64,000 nt of DNA from a virus: the IMG/VR virus record IMGVR_UViG_3300010149_000002, positions 14,842 through 78,841 of that record. One strand, given 5' to 3'. Shown here in pieces: positions 6,648-15,535 of this stretch (its first letter is position 1; each line of letters opens with the position of its first letter). Position numbers and translations under genes: made by a program. The notes beneath the pieces are model-generated. The model made no database searches. It saw nothing but the letters and a program-made list of their open reading frames with translations, and was not told where the DNA came from.

Positions 6648-8735
6648 ATGATTAACATTCAAGAAAAAGTAGACGTAACAAAAAGTCAGGAATTTACAGG
6701 CAATCAAATGAGCATTGACCCTGAATTTTTTAATAAAATGATTTGGCTTGTTATTAAGCAATATAAGTATAAGGTTAGAACATCATTACAAGAGCTAATT
6801 TCTAATGCTCAAGATGCTCAAGTTGAAGCAGGTAATGGTGATAGAAAATTAAAAATAACTTTACCGACAAAATTAGAACCGACTTTCAAGCTTCGTGATT
6901 TTGGCACAGGTATGACACCAGACGTTATCAATAAAATTTATTGTAACATGGGGGCATCTGGTAGCTCACACACTAATGCAAAAAAGGGTGGTTTTGGTAT
7001 TGGTGGAAAATCTCCTTTAGGTTTTTGTGACCAGTATAATATCAAGACTTATGTTGACGGTACGTTTTGGTATTATGCTGTTTACAAAAATGAACTAAAC
7101 GGAATTAATGTTGATTTAGTTCATACTGGAGATACCACAGAAGAAAACGGCACAGAAATTATTATACCATCTAAAAGGGATCAACTAGAACAGTTTAAAA
7201 ATGGTGCAGTAAGAGCGACATATTTTTGGGATAATCAGCCTATTTTTAATTTTGAAATGCCTAAACGTCCTAAAGGTATTAAAATTAGTGATAAATTTAC
7301 AGTATACAATGGCAGAGAATTTGCAAGTAATTTAGGGCTATCCAGTTCTTATTATTCAGCACAGGGTATTGTTATTTTAGTTGATGGTATACCTTATCTA
7401 GTTGAAAGCGATATGTTAAGGCAATGTGATGAACTTAAAAAAGCTGATAATATTTTATCAAGTAATTCAGTTTTAGTTTATAAAATTGGTAATGGCGAAT
7501 TAAAAGTGCTTCAAACTAGGGAATCATTAGAAGAGTGTGAATACACATTCAATAGACTAAATAAAATTGGTTTAGACATTCAAAAAGAGTTTAAAAGGTA
7601 TTCTAACGAGCTTTTAAAACCTACTATAATTGACACCTATAAAGCATATAAAGAAGCTATAGAGTTATTTACAGGGCTTCCAAGTATTGATTTTAATGCT
7701 CATGTAAAGATTAATAGAAACGGTATCATGTACTTAAATGATCTTACTAAACAAGATAACTTTTTATTTGAAGCGGTAGAGTATCATTACAGATCACAAA
7801 GGTATAGACAAGTATTAACAAATTCTAAAAGAGAAAATAAAACCTTTCAACAATTACCATTAGATAAACTAAACAGTTTTTATTTAGATGATATTGGTGA
7901 TACAGAAAGTGAGCAAATGAAAGCTAGACGTTGTAAGCATTTTATTGAACCATCTAAAGGAGAGATCACATACATTAAAAAAACTGATATGCCCACAGAG
8001 CTTTATAATTTACTTCTAAACGAATTAGAATTAAACGTGATATCTAGCCTACCTTTGCCTCCTAAAAAGGCTAAGACAAAGAATACAAGCACTAAAAAAA
8101 CGCTTGATAAAGGTAAGATTGATATTCACATTGTTGAAAGAAGTACAGCATGGGGAAGTAATGCTTATGTAAGAAATTGTAGAACAATTGACCTAAATAA
8201 AAACCTTGATAATAAAATACTATGGTGCGATTATTCGACTAGCACAATGTATGATGCAAGAGATTATGTTGATTTTTTCAAGTCCAAAGGTTTTTTATTT
8301 GGATTTGTTTCTAAGAAATACCAAACTAAGATTAAAAATGACGATAGGTTTATGCAAGTAGATGAGTTTATGAATAATCTAAGCTTTACAACAGAAGAAA
8401 AAGAATATATGATTCAAAAAGGAGCGTATGCATATGGCGGTTATAGAGATAATGATATCATAAACCAAAAGCTTGCTATCATGGTAAAAAGAGTTAGTTC
8501 TAAAAAAATTAGAGCAATGATTAATGATGTAATGCGTCCTAAAAAAGAATTAGATATTCCACGTAATTTATATTGGGATATGCAAGATCAATTAAAAGAC
8601 GAGATAAAAGAGAGAAATGACAAGGCTGATATGCTTGGCAAGTATTTAAAAAGGAGATATCCTAAATTTAAAAACAATGACGATTTAGATTATATTAACA
8701 GAGTAAACAAAACTTATTTACAAGGGAGATTCTAA
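6648..8735 (+). CDS. rIIA: RIIA-like protein (N-terminal GHKL ATPase)
   Basis: ELISNAQDA, RDFGTGM, GGFGIGGKSP, NGTEI motifs; followed by an rIIB-like gene. Confidence 0.85.
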   Translation: MINIQEKVDVTKSQEFTGNQMSIDPEFFNKMIWLVIKQYKYKVRTSLQELISNAQDAQVEAGNGDRKLKITLPTKLEPTFKLRDFGTGMTPDVINKIYCNMGASGSSHTNAKKGGFGIGGKSPLGFCDQYNIKTYVDGTFWYYAVYKNELNGINVDLVHTGDTTEENGTEIIIPSKRDQLEQFKNGAVRATYFWDNQPIFNFEMPKRPKGIKISDKFTVYNGREFASNLGLSSSYYSAQGIVILVDGIPYLVESDMLRQCDELKKADNILSSNSVLVYKIGNGELKVLQTRESLEECEYTFNRLNKIGLDIQKEFKRYSNELLKPTIIDTYKAYKEAIELFTGLPSIDFNAHVKINRNGIMYLNDLTKQDNFLFEAVEYHYRSQRYRQVLTNSKRENKTFQQLPLDKLNSFYLDDIGDTESEQMKARRCKHFIEPSKGEITYIKKTDMPTELYNLLLNELELNVISSLPLPPKKAKTKNTSTKKTLDKGKIDIHIVERSTAWGSNAYVRNCRTIDLNKNLDNKILWCDYSTSTMYDARDYVDFFKSKGFLFGFVSKKYQTKIKNDDRFMQVDEFMNNLSFTTEEKEYMIQKGAYAYGGYRDNDIINQKLAIMVKRVSSKKIRAMINDVMRPKKELDIPRNLYWDMQDQLKDEIKERNDKADMLGKYLKRRYPKFKNNDDLDYINRVNKTYLQGRF
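7310..7325 (+). promoter_or_regulatory. Sigma-54-like element (intragenic)
   Basis: TGGCAGAGAATTTGCA. Confidence 0.55.
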
Positions 8736-8736
8736 T

Positions 8737-9489
8737 ATGAATTACATTATGACACCACAGGGAGTTACACTAAGTTACGAAGGAAATTTTATCACAATAG
8801 CAGAGGGAGATCATCGCTACAATGCGATCTTAGAGGCTATCAAAGATGGTAGGCTAGAGGATGTACCAAGTCTTGTAGACGTTTCTAAGACGTTCTCAGA
8901 GGTTGAGGGAGTCGATCTAGTAGATGGTCACATCTATATTAATGACAAGAAAATTCCAGAGGTCTTAACTGATAGGGTATTGAACTTTAAAGACAAGGGG
9001 TTGCCCTTTGAACCATTAATGAAATTTGCTGAGAAGCTTATGGAGAACCCAAGTTATAACTCAAGGCTTATGCTTTACAAGTTCTTAGAACATAACGGAC
9101 ACCCTATCACAAAAGATGGCAACTTTATTGCATACAAAAAAGTTAGAAGAGACTTTACAGATTGTCACACAGGTAAGATGGATAACAGTGTTGGCATGAT
9201 TGTTGCAATGCCAAGAGAAGAAGTTGATGATAATCCAGACAATACTTGCTCTAGTGGGCTTCACGTTGCTGCATATAACTATGCTAATACGTTCTCACAA
9301 GGTCACTTGTTAGAAGTCGAGATTGACCCTAAAGACGTTGTAGCCGTTCCTAATGACTATGATGGTGAGAAAATGAGAGTATGTAAGTATGTTGTAAAGA
9401 AAATTTGTGAGTCAAGACTTGATGATGTTGACTTATATGAACTATGTGACGAATATCTAGATGAACAGTTAAATGAATGGGGGTATTAA
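8737..9489 (+). CDS. rIIB: RIIB-like protein
   Basis: ITKDGNFIAYK, MPREEVDDNPDNTCSSGLH, DVVAVPNDY..KMRVC motifs. Confidence 0.9.
   Translation: MNYIMTPQGVTLSYEGNFITIAEGDHRYNAILEAIKDGRLEDVPSLVDVSKTFSEVEGVDLVDGHIYINDKKIPEVLTDRVLNFKDKGLPFEPLMKFAEKLMENPSYNSRLMLYKFLEHNGHPITKDGNFIAYKKVRRDFTDCHTGKMDNSVGMIVAMPREEVDDNPDNTCSSGLHVAAYNYANTFSQGHLLEVEIDPKDVVAVPNDYDGEKMRVCKYVVKKICESRLDDVDLYELCDEYLDEQLNEWGY
9192..9207 (+). promoter_or_regulatory. Sigma-54-like element (intragenic)
   Basis: TGGCATGATTGTTGCA. Confidence 0.6.
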
Positions 9490-9490
9490 A

Positions 9491-10111
9491 ATGATTATTG
9501 GTGAAAGACTAAATAAATTTGATTTAGAGACAGATGGTACACTAAAAAGCTTCAATGAAATATTTGCAGAGTGTCCTGTAAAGCTTGACGTTAGTCCTGA
9601 GAGCGTTTTAGAGATAGGGGATATAGTAGGTACAGGCAAAGAAAATGTAAGGTATCTAAACTTAGATGGCGAGCAAATTACCCATGTATTTGAAAAGGAA
9701 AGGTATTTCAAACCAGATGCAGATTTTGGGATGAAAGGTAACACTGGAATAAGAGCACATTATAAACTAGAAAATACAAAGACAGGTGAGGTATTTGAAG
9801 CTAATAAATTATCAGAATTAGCAGAAATATCAGGCGTACCTCATTATAGAGTAGGTAAAATAAGCTCAGGATCGATAAAGTGCGATACTTTTAAGATCAC
9901 AAAACGTAAAGCAAGTAAGAAACCTAAAAAGGACATTAAGCCTAAAAAAGAATGGATGTATTTTGTGACAAAAGGTAATGAGGAACATAGATTCAAACTT
10001 GCAAAAGAAGTTGCAAAGTTTTTAAACGTATCTAAAATAACAGTATCTTTTTATACAACAAAAAAATGGAATAACTCACAAGGTTGGTCGGTAGACAGGA
10101 GAAAAGTATAA
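9491..10111 (+). CDS. Hypothetical protein with NUMOD1-like DNA-binding repeats
   Basis: TGEVFEANKLSELAEISGV and FKLAKEVAKFLNVS repeats. Confidence 0.55.
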   Translation: MIIGERLNKFDLETDGTLKSFNEIFAECPVKLDVSPESVLEIGDIVGTGKENVRYLNLDGEQITHVFEKERYFKPDADFGMKGNTGIRAHYKLENTKTGEVFEANKLSELAEISGVPHYRVGKISSGSIKCDTFKITKRKASKKPKKDIKPKKEWMYFVTKGNEEHRFKLAKEVAKFLNVSKITVSFYTTKKWNNSQGWSVDRRKV

Positions 10112-10335
10112 TGGAAACAATTGTAAAATATAACAACAGAAAATTATACAGTAAAAAATGTAAGCACTATGTAAACAATTCTTATTTAATTGATCTAATA
10201 AGACTTGGACATACTTTTGAGATCAAAGAACATAAAACCGACCAAGACGTAACTGGCACAGTTCTTGCAAGTTGTATTAGTGACTTGAACCTTGATGGTG
10301 TCAAGTTGACAAATTTCATCAAGGAGAATTTATAA
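10111..10335 (+). CDS. PhaR/PHB-accumulation-regulator-like DNA-binding domain protein
   Basis: IVKYNNRKLY...YV....LIDLIRLGHTFEIKEHKTDQDVT..VL resembles the PhaR N-terminal IKKYxNRRLYD...KTGEDxT pattern. Confidence 0.75.
   Translation: METIVKYNNRKLYSKKCKHYVNNSYLIDLIRLGHTFEIKEHKTDQDVTGTVLASCISDLNLDGVKLTNFIKENL
10254..10269 (+). promoter_or_regulatory. Sigma-54 consensus element (intragenic)
   Basis: TGGCACAGTTCTTGCA, full TGGCAC-N5-TTGCA consensus. Confidence 0.65.
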
Positions 10336-10574
10336 TGAATATCTTAGACTTCCTTACAATGATGCAGACAAGTTTATTTGCAAAAGGCTTAGATACAACA
10401 GTGTCAATTGGCAGCAAGGTGACACTGGAAATAGAGGACGTAGAGAGTTCTAAGACGGTTGCAGTAATAACAGGTGATACACTAGAAGAAGCCTATGCAA
10501 ACCTATTAGGAGCTATGTCAGGAGCTGTGAGAGACACTAAAACAGGACGCTATCAAGGTCTATCGAGGTTATAA
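10335..10574 (+). CDS. Hypothetical protein
   Basis: AAGGAG RBS, coupled. Confidence 0.7.
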   Translation: MNILDFLTMMQTSLFAKGLDTTVSIGSKVTLEIEDVESSKTVAVITGDTLEEAYANLLGAMSGAVRDTKTGRYQGLSRL

Positions 10575-10719
10575 TGATCAATAAAAAAGACTTAATAGAA
10601 GCAATAGAAGCAATTTCAAATACTTTAGAAGCTAATGGGTTAGACACTTTTGTATTAGACCAGTACATTAATAATCAAAAAATTATAATATGGGAAGAAG
10701 AAACAGGAGAAGGTTTGTA

Positions 10720-10956
10720 ATGATTATAGTAAAGCTTGTATTAATTGTCTCACTGTGTTATCTTATAGGAAGAGGACTTTCTAGAGAGCTAGAAAGAGAA
10801 GCAGATGAGGCTAAAAAGCAGACAAAGGACATTAGGAATAAATCTAAAGAAGCTTATCAACTTATGCAAGCTGAAAAGAGAGTCTTAGTGAATACAATTA
10901 ATGAACTTAGAGAAGAGATTGACACTTTAAAGAAGCTTAATAGGAGACTAAAGTGA
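10720..10956 (+). CDS. Membrane-anchored coiled-coil protein
   Basis: N-terminal TM helix then heptad-rich region. Confidence 0.6.
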   Translation: MIIVKLVLIVSLCYLIGRGLSRELEREADEAKKQTKDIRNKSKEAYQLMQAEKRVLVNTINELREEIDTLKKLNRRLK

Positions 10957-11109
10957 CTAATAAAGAGCTGCTTGATATGTTTAGGTCATCTAGTTACTTA
11001 AACTTTATGAAGTTCTTAGAAAATGAGATAGAATTTGTAGATGAATACCCATGTGCTTTTTGTAAAGATAAACCATGTGGAGAAGATCATTGTGATAGAA
11101 ACAAGGAGT

Positions 11110-11331
11110 ATGATAATGAATCCAACGATTAGACAGTTTATGGTAGCTGTATTTTGCACAGTGTTGCTTGCCAGTTGTGCAGTTAGATTGCCAGAGCGAT
11201 CTAATGTTAAAAAGAAAAAGCCAAAGAATCATATAAGCAAGATGAAGGAATGTGTTGATGCCTTTATGAATGATCATGGTGTAGGTATTGAAGAAGCTTT
11301 TAATACTTGTGAAAAGATTTATAGGAGGTAA
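11110..11331 (+). CDS. Putative lipoprotein
   Basis: AAGGAG RBS; hydrophobic leader with LASC lipobox. Confidence 0.6.
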   Translation: MIMNPTIRQFMVAVFCTVLLASCAVRLPERSNVKKKKPKNHISKMKECVDAFMNDHGVGIEEAFNTCEKIYRR

Positions 11332-11332
11332 T

Positions 11333-11539
11333 ATGACACCCATTGAAAGCTATCATAGATATAAAAACACACAATGGTATAGAAGTTATCGTAAAAAGTT
11401 TGAAAAAGGCTATAGAGAAGAGAATAGAATCATGTGGAATTTAAAGTCATGGAAATCTATGAGAAAGAAATATGGAAAGACAACTTCCCTAAAACAAGAG
11501 TTTGAATACTTAATGATAAGAACTTTAAGAGATTTATAG
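11333..11539 (+). CDS. Hypothetical basic protein
   Basis: GGAGG RBS before MTPIES. Confidence 0.6.
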   Translation: MTPIESYHRYKNTQWYRSYRKKFEKGYREENRIMWNLKSWKSMRKKYGKTTSLKQEFEYLMIRTLRDL

Positions 11540-11702
11540 GAGATAGTATGCTTCATCTAATATACAAAGATACAAATTGTATTCTTTACACAGGTACTAA
11601 AAAAGAACTTGCAAAGATTATGGAAAACTTATATAATAATTGTAGGAGTCATTATAAAGTGGTTTCTAAGCAGTATATAAAAGAATTAGATTGGGAGTTT
11701 TA

Positions 11703-12686
11703 ATGAAAAACATAAGACTGTCACACTCCGCAGCAGAAAAGTTTAAAACCTGCGGAGCACTTTATCGCCATCATTACGTTGATCGTATAAGACCAGTTGC
11801 AATGGGAAGTGCTCTTTTTTTTGGATCGGCAGTTGATGAGGCATTGAATGTTTTATTAGGATCTAAGAAACAGATTGTCACCTATAAATTTGACGAGAGT
11901 GTTAGTGTTTTGCAACATGCTTATGACGAATTTGATACGTTGTGGTGTGAGCAATTAGAAAATAAAAATGTAGAATACTTCAAGTCAGATATTGATCTAA
12001 GTGTTTTACTTGATATTGATTTAGAAGATATTTCAGAGTTTGATAAAGAAGTAGAAAACATTGAAGAGTTTTTAAAAGAATGTTTCACTATTCTAAAAAA
12101 TAAAGAAAAATTGTGTGAAGAGGATCAAGCATTGTATAATAGAATAGCTTGGCATAGTTTATATAGAAAAGGCATGATGCTCATTGAAGCATATAATAAT
12201 GACATTATGCCACAAATCCATACAGTATTTGATATCCAAAGGAAAGTAGAACTACCGGATGAGCATGGCAACCTTTTAATAGGCTATATAGATGCCGTAG
12301 TTAGCTTTATAGACGCTCCAGATAGAAAGGTGATACTTGATAACAAGACAAGTTCAAAGCCGTACAAGGACGATTCTGTATCGACTTCTCCACAGCTTGC
12401 AACTTATTGTGAAAGTGAGGGTATAGAGTACGGTGCGTTTGGTGTTGTAGAGAAAGCCATAAGAAAAAGAGAGCCAAGAACTAGGACTCAATTAATTATT
12501 GATAAAATTCCTGAGAAATTACTTGACGAAACATTTGAAATGTATGATAATGTTTTAGAGGGCATTGAGAATGAAGAGTTTGATAAGAACTATGACTCTG
12601 GATGTTTTTTCTATGGTAAACCTTGTAGTTACTATGCGTACTGTAGAAGTAATGGTAAGAATAAAGATGGATTGGAGGAAGTATAA
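11703..12686 (+). CDS. PD-(D/E)XK (Cas4/RecB-like) exonuclease
   Basis: LSHS..C N-terminus, GYIDAV, ILDNKTS, QLATY, C-terminal Cys cluster. Confidence 0.85.
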   Translation: MKNIRLSHSAAEKFKTCGALYRHHYVDRIRPVAMGSALFFGSAVDEALNVLLGSKKQIVTYKFDESVSVLQHAYDEFDTLWCEQLENKNVEYFKSDIDLSVLLDIDLEDISEFDKEVENIEEFLKECFTILKNKEKLCEEDQALYNRIAWHSLYRKGMMLIEAYNNDIMPQIHTVFDIQRKVELPDEHGNLLIGYIDAVVSFIDAPDRKVILDNKTSSKPYKDDSVSTSPQLATYCESEGIEYGAFGVVEKAIRKREPRTRTQLIIDKIPEKLLDETFEMYDNVLEGIENEEFDKNYDSGCFFYGKPCSYYAYCRSNGKNKDGLEEV

Positions 12687-13012
12687 TGGCACAATTAGAG
12701 AAACTAAAAAAAGCAGACCTTGTAAAGCTTGCTAGAGAACTTAAGCAAGATAACAAGCTTTTAAAAAAAGAACTAGAGAATGTTCAGTCAGGCGAGCTAG
12801 ATGATTCTAAGCTACCGTTATATGCTCATACCTACTACAAAGACGGTGACAAGCATGTTGTAGACGTTATGAAGTACTCTCCAGAATCAAACAATGTAAA
12901 AGTCATTGAGAAGATTGTAGAGAATACTAAAGAGCTTGCATTGTTCAAATTAGAAATGGTAATTGTAGATAAATTTCATCAACAAGTATATGAAAGGAGT
13001 AATAATGAGTAA
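12686..13012 (+). CDS. Hypothetical protein
   Basis: Coupled ORF with RBS. Confidence 0.7.
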   Translation: MAQLEKLKKADLVKLARELKQDNKLLKKELENVQSGELDDSKLPLYAHTYYKDGDKHVVDVMKYSPESNNVKVIEKIVENTKELALFKLEMVIVDKFHQQVYERSNNE

Positions 13013-13454
13013 ACTAACAGAACTACTAAACTCTAGGCACCAAGACCTAGACTTTGAACTAGGAACATTACACAGTCTATATCAATTAGCTAACAATGTT
13101 GCAAAAAAACTAGATGTAGAGGCAGAAGCCAATACAGTACTAACTGCAATGCAAAATAGACTAATGGATAAACTAAATGTTGACATTGAGGACATTGCAG
13201 AAGATGAAGAAATTGACGTAGAGGACTTAGACTTTGCAGTTATTTATGACCATTTAGGTACAGCATTTTTTCATGCAAAGACTGAAATGGCATCATACTT
13301 GCAGTTTGACAGTACACTAAATAATCTAAAAAGACTTGGTGCTACAGATGACGAAGTGGAAAAATTACAGGGTTTCAAAAAAAGACTTGAAAGAACAATA
13401 TTTGACAGGTATGATGTAACTGAGGATGATCTTAAGGAGGATGGAGATGAATAA
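13005..13454 (+). CDS. Hypothetical acidic protein
   Basis: AAGGAG RBS before MSKLTE. Confidence 0.7.
   Translation: MSKLTELLNSRHQDLDFELGTLHSLYQLANNVAKKLDVEAEANTVLTAMQNRLMDKLNVDIEDIAEDEEIDVEDLDFAVIYDHLGTAFFHAKTEMASYLQFDSTLNNLKRLGATDDEVEKLQGFKKRLERTIFDRYDVTEDDLKEDGDE
13288..13303 (+). promoter_or_regulatory. Sigma-54-like element upstream of the ERF gene
   Basis: TGGCATCATACTTGCA. Confidence 0.6.
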
Positions 13455-14025
13455 GTTTTTAAAAAAAGTTGCAGAAATTCAACAAACGCTAAAAGCACCA
13501 AAGAATCAATTTAATAAATTTGGAGGATATGCTTATAGAAATTGTGAGGATATACTAGAAGCAGTAAAACCTTTACTTGGCGACCTAGTTTTAACTGTTA
13601 GCGATAAGATTATCACAGTTGGAGAAGGCGAGGACATGAGAGTATATGTTGAGGCTACTGCTAAAGTAACTAACGGAGAAGAAGTATTAGAAAATACAGC
13701 GTCAGCCAGAGAACCATTAGACCAAAAAGGGATGAACGAGGCACAGATAACAGGTAGTGCAAGTTCATATGCTAGAAAGTATGCACTAAATGGATTGTTT
13801 CTAATTGATGATACCAAAGATGCTGATGCAACTAATGATCATGGTAAGGGAGAAGCTAAAAAAACTTCTACAAGAAAGAAAAAAGAAGATACTAAAGAAA
13901 AGCCAAAAAGAACTAGAACAAAAAAAGAAGAGCCAAAGGAAGAACCAGAGGCTAAGGAAGAGTCTAAAGAAGAACCAGAAGAAAAACCAAAGAAACGTGG
14001 AAGAGGTTTTAGGAGAAAAGGATAA
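13447..14025 (+). CDS. ERF-family single-strand annealing protein
   Basis: LKAPKNQFNKFGGYAYRNCEDILEAVKP and QITGSASSYARKYALNGLF motifs. Confidence 0.9.
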   Translation: MNKFLKKVAEIQQTLKAPKNQFNKFGGYAYRNCEDILEAVKPLLGDLVLTVSDKIITVGEGEDMRVYVEATAKVTNGEEVLENTASAREPLDQKGMNEAQITGSASSYARKYALNGLFLIDDTKDADATNDHGKGEAKKTSTRKKKEDTKEKPKRTRTKKEEPKEEPEAKEESKEEPEEKPKKRGRGFRRKG

Positions 14026-14225
14026 TGAGAGAAGAAAAAAAAGGAATTAGAGAGGGGATGTTTTTAGCTAGACTTGCTACTGTAGTTGAAATATTTTTAG
14101 ATGAACAAGATAAAGATAAACAATGGTTAAATTCCAAATATAACGAAATTATTAGTTACTATGAAACAGGGGTACACCCTAAAGATAAGAAAATTAAAGG
14201 TATTTTTGGGAGCGATAATGAGTAA
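14025..14225 (+). CDS. Hypothetical protein
   Basis: Coupled ORF. Confidence 0.6.
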   Translation: MREEKKGIREGMFLARLATVVEIFLDEQDKDKQWLNSKYNEIISYYETGVHPKDKKIKGIFGSDNE

Positions 14226-14496
14226 ACTAAAAGAAGAGTTCAATAGAGTAGCAGAAATATCTTCACAAATAACACTTGATCTTCAAGAAGAAGTGAGAGA
14301 TTTGAAGAAGAATGAAGTAGCAAGAGTTTTTATGGCGGTAATGGAATACCCTGTGCCTCCTACAAGACAGCTTACTAGCCAGAAAGAAGTTGACACATAT
14401 CAAATGGCAGTTGGGCTAAAAGAAATGCAAATGAAAATGGGAGTCATAAACCTAGCAATGAAAGAACAGGAGGCTAATAATGGCGAAGACAGTTAG
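14218..14496 (+). CDS. Hypothetical protein
   Basis: GGAG RBS before MSKLKEE. Confidence 0.65.
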   Translation: MSKLKEEFNRVAEISSQITLDLQEEVRDLKKNEVARVFMAVMEYPVPPTRQLTSQKEVDTYQMAVGLKEMQMKMGVINLAMKEQEANNGEDS

Positions 14497-14893
14497 AGCA
14501 TATAGAATGACAGAAGCTCTTTTAAAAAGAAATTCTATACCAAATTATAATGATCTTGCAGATAATGTTGCACAGATATCACCAATTAAGATTAGAAACA
14601 TTGGAAGTTGGCACTACCATGTTGCAGAGGATGCTAAAGGACAGGTATATCTTATTGAGGATGATGTTGTAATGCAAAATAAACTCTATGAGAGAAACAT
14701 GGGAGTTAGTGAATCTAAGTTCATGCTAGATGGTGTTGGTATTAATCAAATTAAAGAGTTTAAGAAATTACAGGAAGAAGAAAGTACTTTACAAGTTGAA
14801 GAAGAGCCTGTAGAATTAGAAGAAGAAGAAGTTGAAGAGCAAGTTGAAGAAGCTCCAGAAGAACAAGAAAATAAACAAGACCAAGGAGAATAA
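14480..14893 (+). CDS. Hypothetical protein with acidic tail
   Basis: GGAGG RBS. Confidence 0.7.
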   Translation: MAKTVRAYRMTEALLKRNSIPNYNDLADNVAQISPIKIRNIGSWHYHVAEDAKGQVYLIEDDVVMQNKLYERNMGVSESKFMLDGVGINQIKEFKKLQEEESTLQVEEEPVELEEEEVEEQVEEAPEEQENKQDQGE

Positions 14894-14895
14894 AA

Positions 14896-15228
14896 ATGGC
14901 AAGAGAAAGAAGAACATCATCAAGATCAAGTAAGAGTAGTGGATCAAGTAGTAACAAAGGTTCAAAGACAACAGGTTATGTGACTTTGTTTGAGATCAAA
15001 GAGAACGATGAAGGTAAAGAGTATGTTCAGTTTGTAAAAAATGCTGAATATGTAAACATAGAAGTGAATGGAGTTAATGTAAATGGTAAGTCTATTTATA
15101 TCAATGACCCTGCAGAAAAGTTCGAGATCATGCTCGAAAAGGAAATGATTACTGAGGAGGAAGCCGAAGAAAAGATTGGCAGAATCCCTGAGTACATTTT
15201 AGAAGAAGGTACTGTAAAGCTTGACTAG
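14896..15228 (+). CDS. Hypothetical protein, possibly ssDNA-binding
   Basis: Strong RBS, basic Ser-rich N-terminus, last gene of the recombination operon; function inferred from position only. Confidence 0.5.
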   Translation: MARERRTSSRSSKSSGSSSNKGSKTTGYVTLFEIKENDEGKEYVQFVKNAEYVNIEVNGVNVNGKSIYINDPAEKFEIMLEKEMITEEEAEEKIGRIPEYILEEGTVKLD

Positions 15229-15267
15229 TTTTTCCTCCTTTATAGCTAGTGAGTTTTTGTCTGAATT

Positions 15268-15289
15268 GCCCCCTAAATGGGGGCTTTTT
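15268..15289 (+). terminator. Rho-independent terminator
   Basis: GCCCCC-TAAAT-GGGGGC followed by TTTTT. Confidence 0.85.
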
Positions 15290-15301
15290 AAAAGGGATTA
15301 A

Positions 15302-15511
15302 ATGTATAACAAAGAAGATTATAGATCAAATAAAGAATCAATTGTAAAACACTATGAAAAGCGTGGTCTAAAAGATATGGCATCTTATTCGGCAATGACA
15401 GGAATCCCTGTGGTAGTTGTATATGAGTTGCTTCAAGAAGAGTATCCAGAGCTAGAAAAAGAGTTATCAGATAGAATTAAAGCCATTAATGATTTTTTTG
15501 GTATTAAATAG
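15302..15511 (+). CDS. Small hypothetical protein (possible HTH)
   Basis: MASYSAMTGIPVVVVYELL helix-turn-helix-like segment. Confidence 0.55.
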   Translation: MYNKEDYRSNKESIVKHYEKRGLKDMASYSAMTGIPVVVVYELLQEEYPELEKELSDRIKAINDFFGIK

Positions 15512-15535
15512 AGAATTGAGTTTAGGAGGAAATAA

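Noticed and set aside
11703-12686. Cas4 as part of a CRISPR system
   Set aside because: No array or other cas genes; its context with ERF indicates a recombination exonuclease
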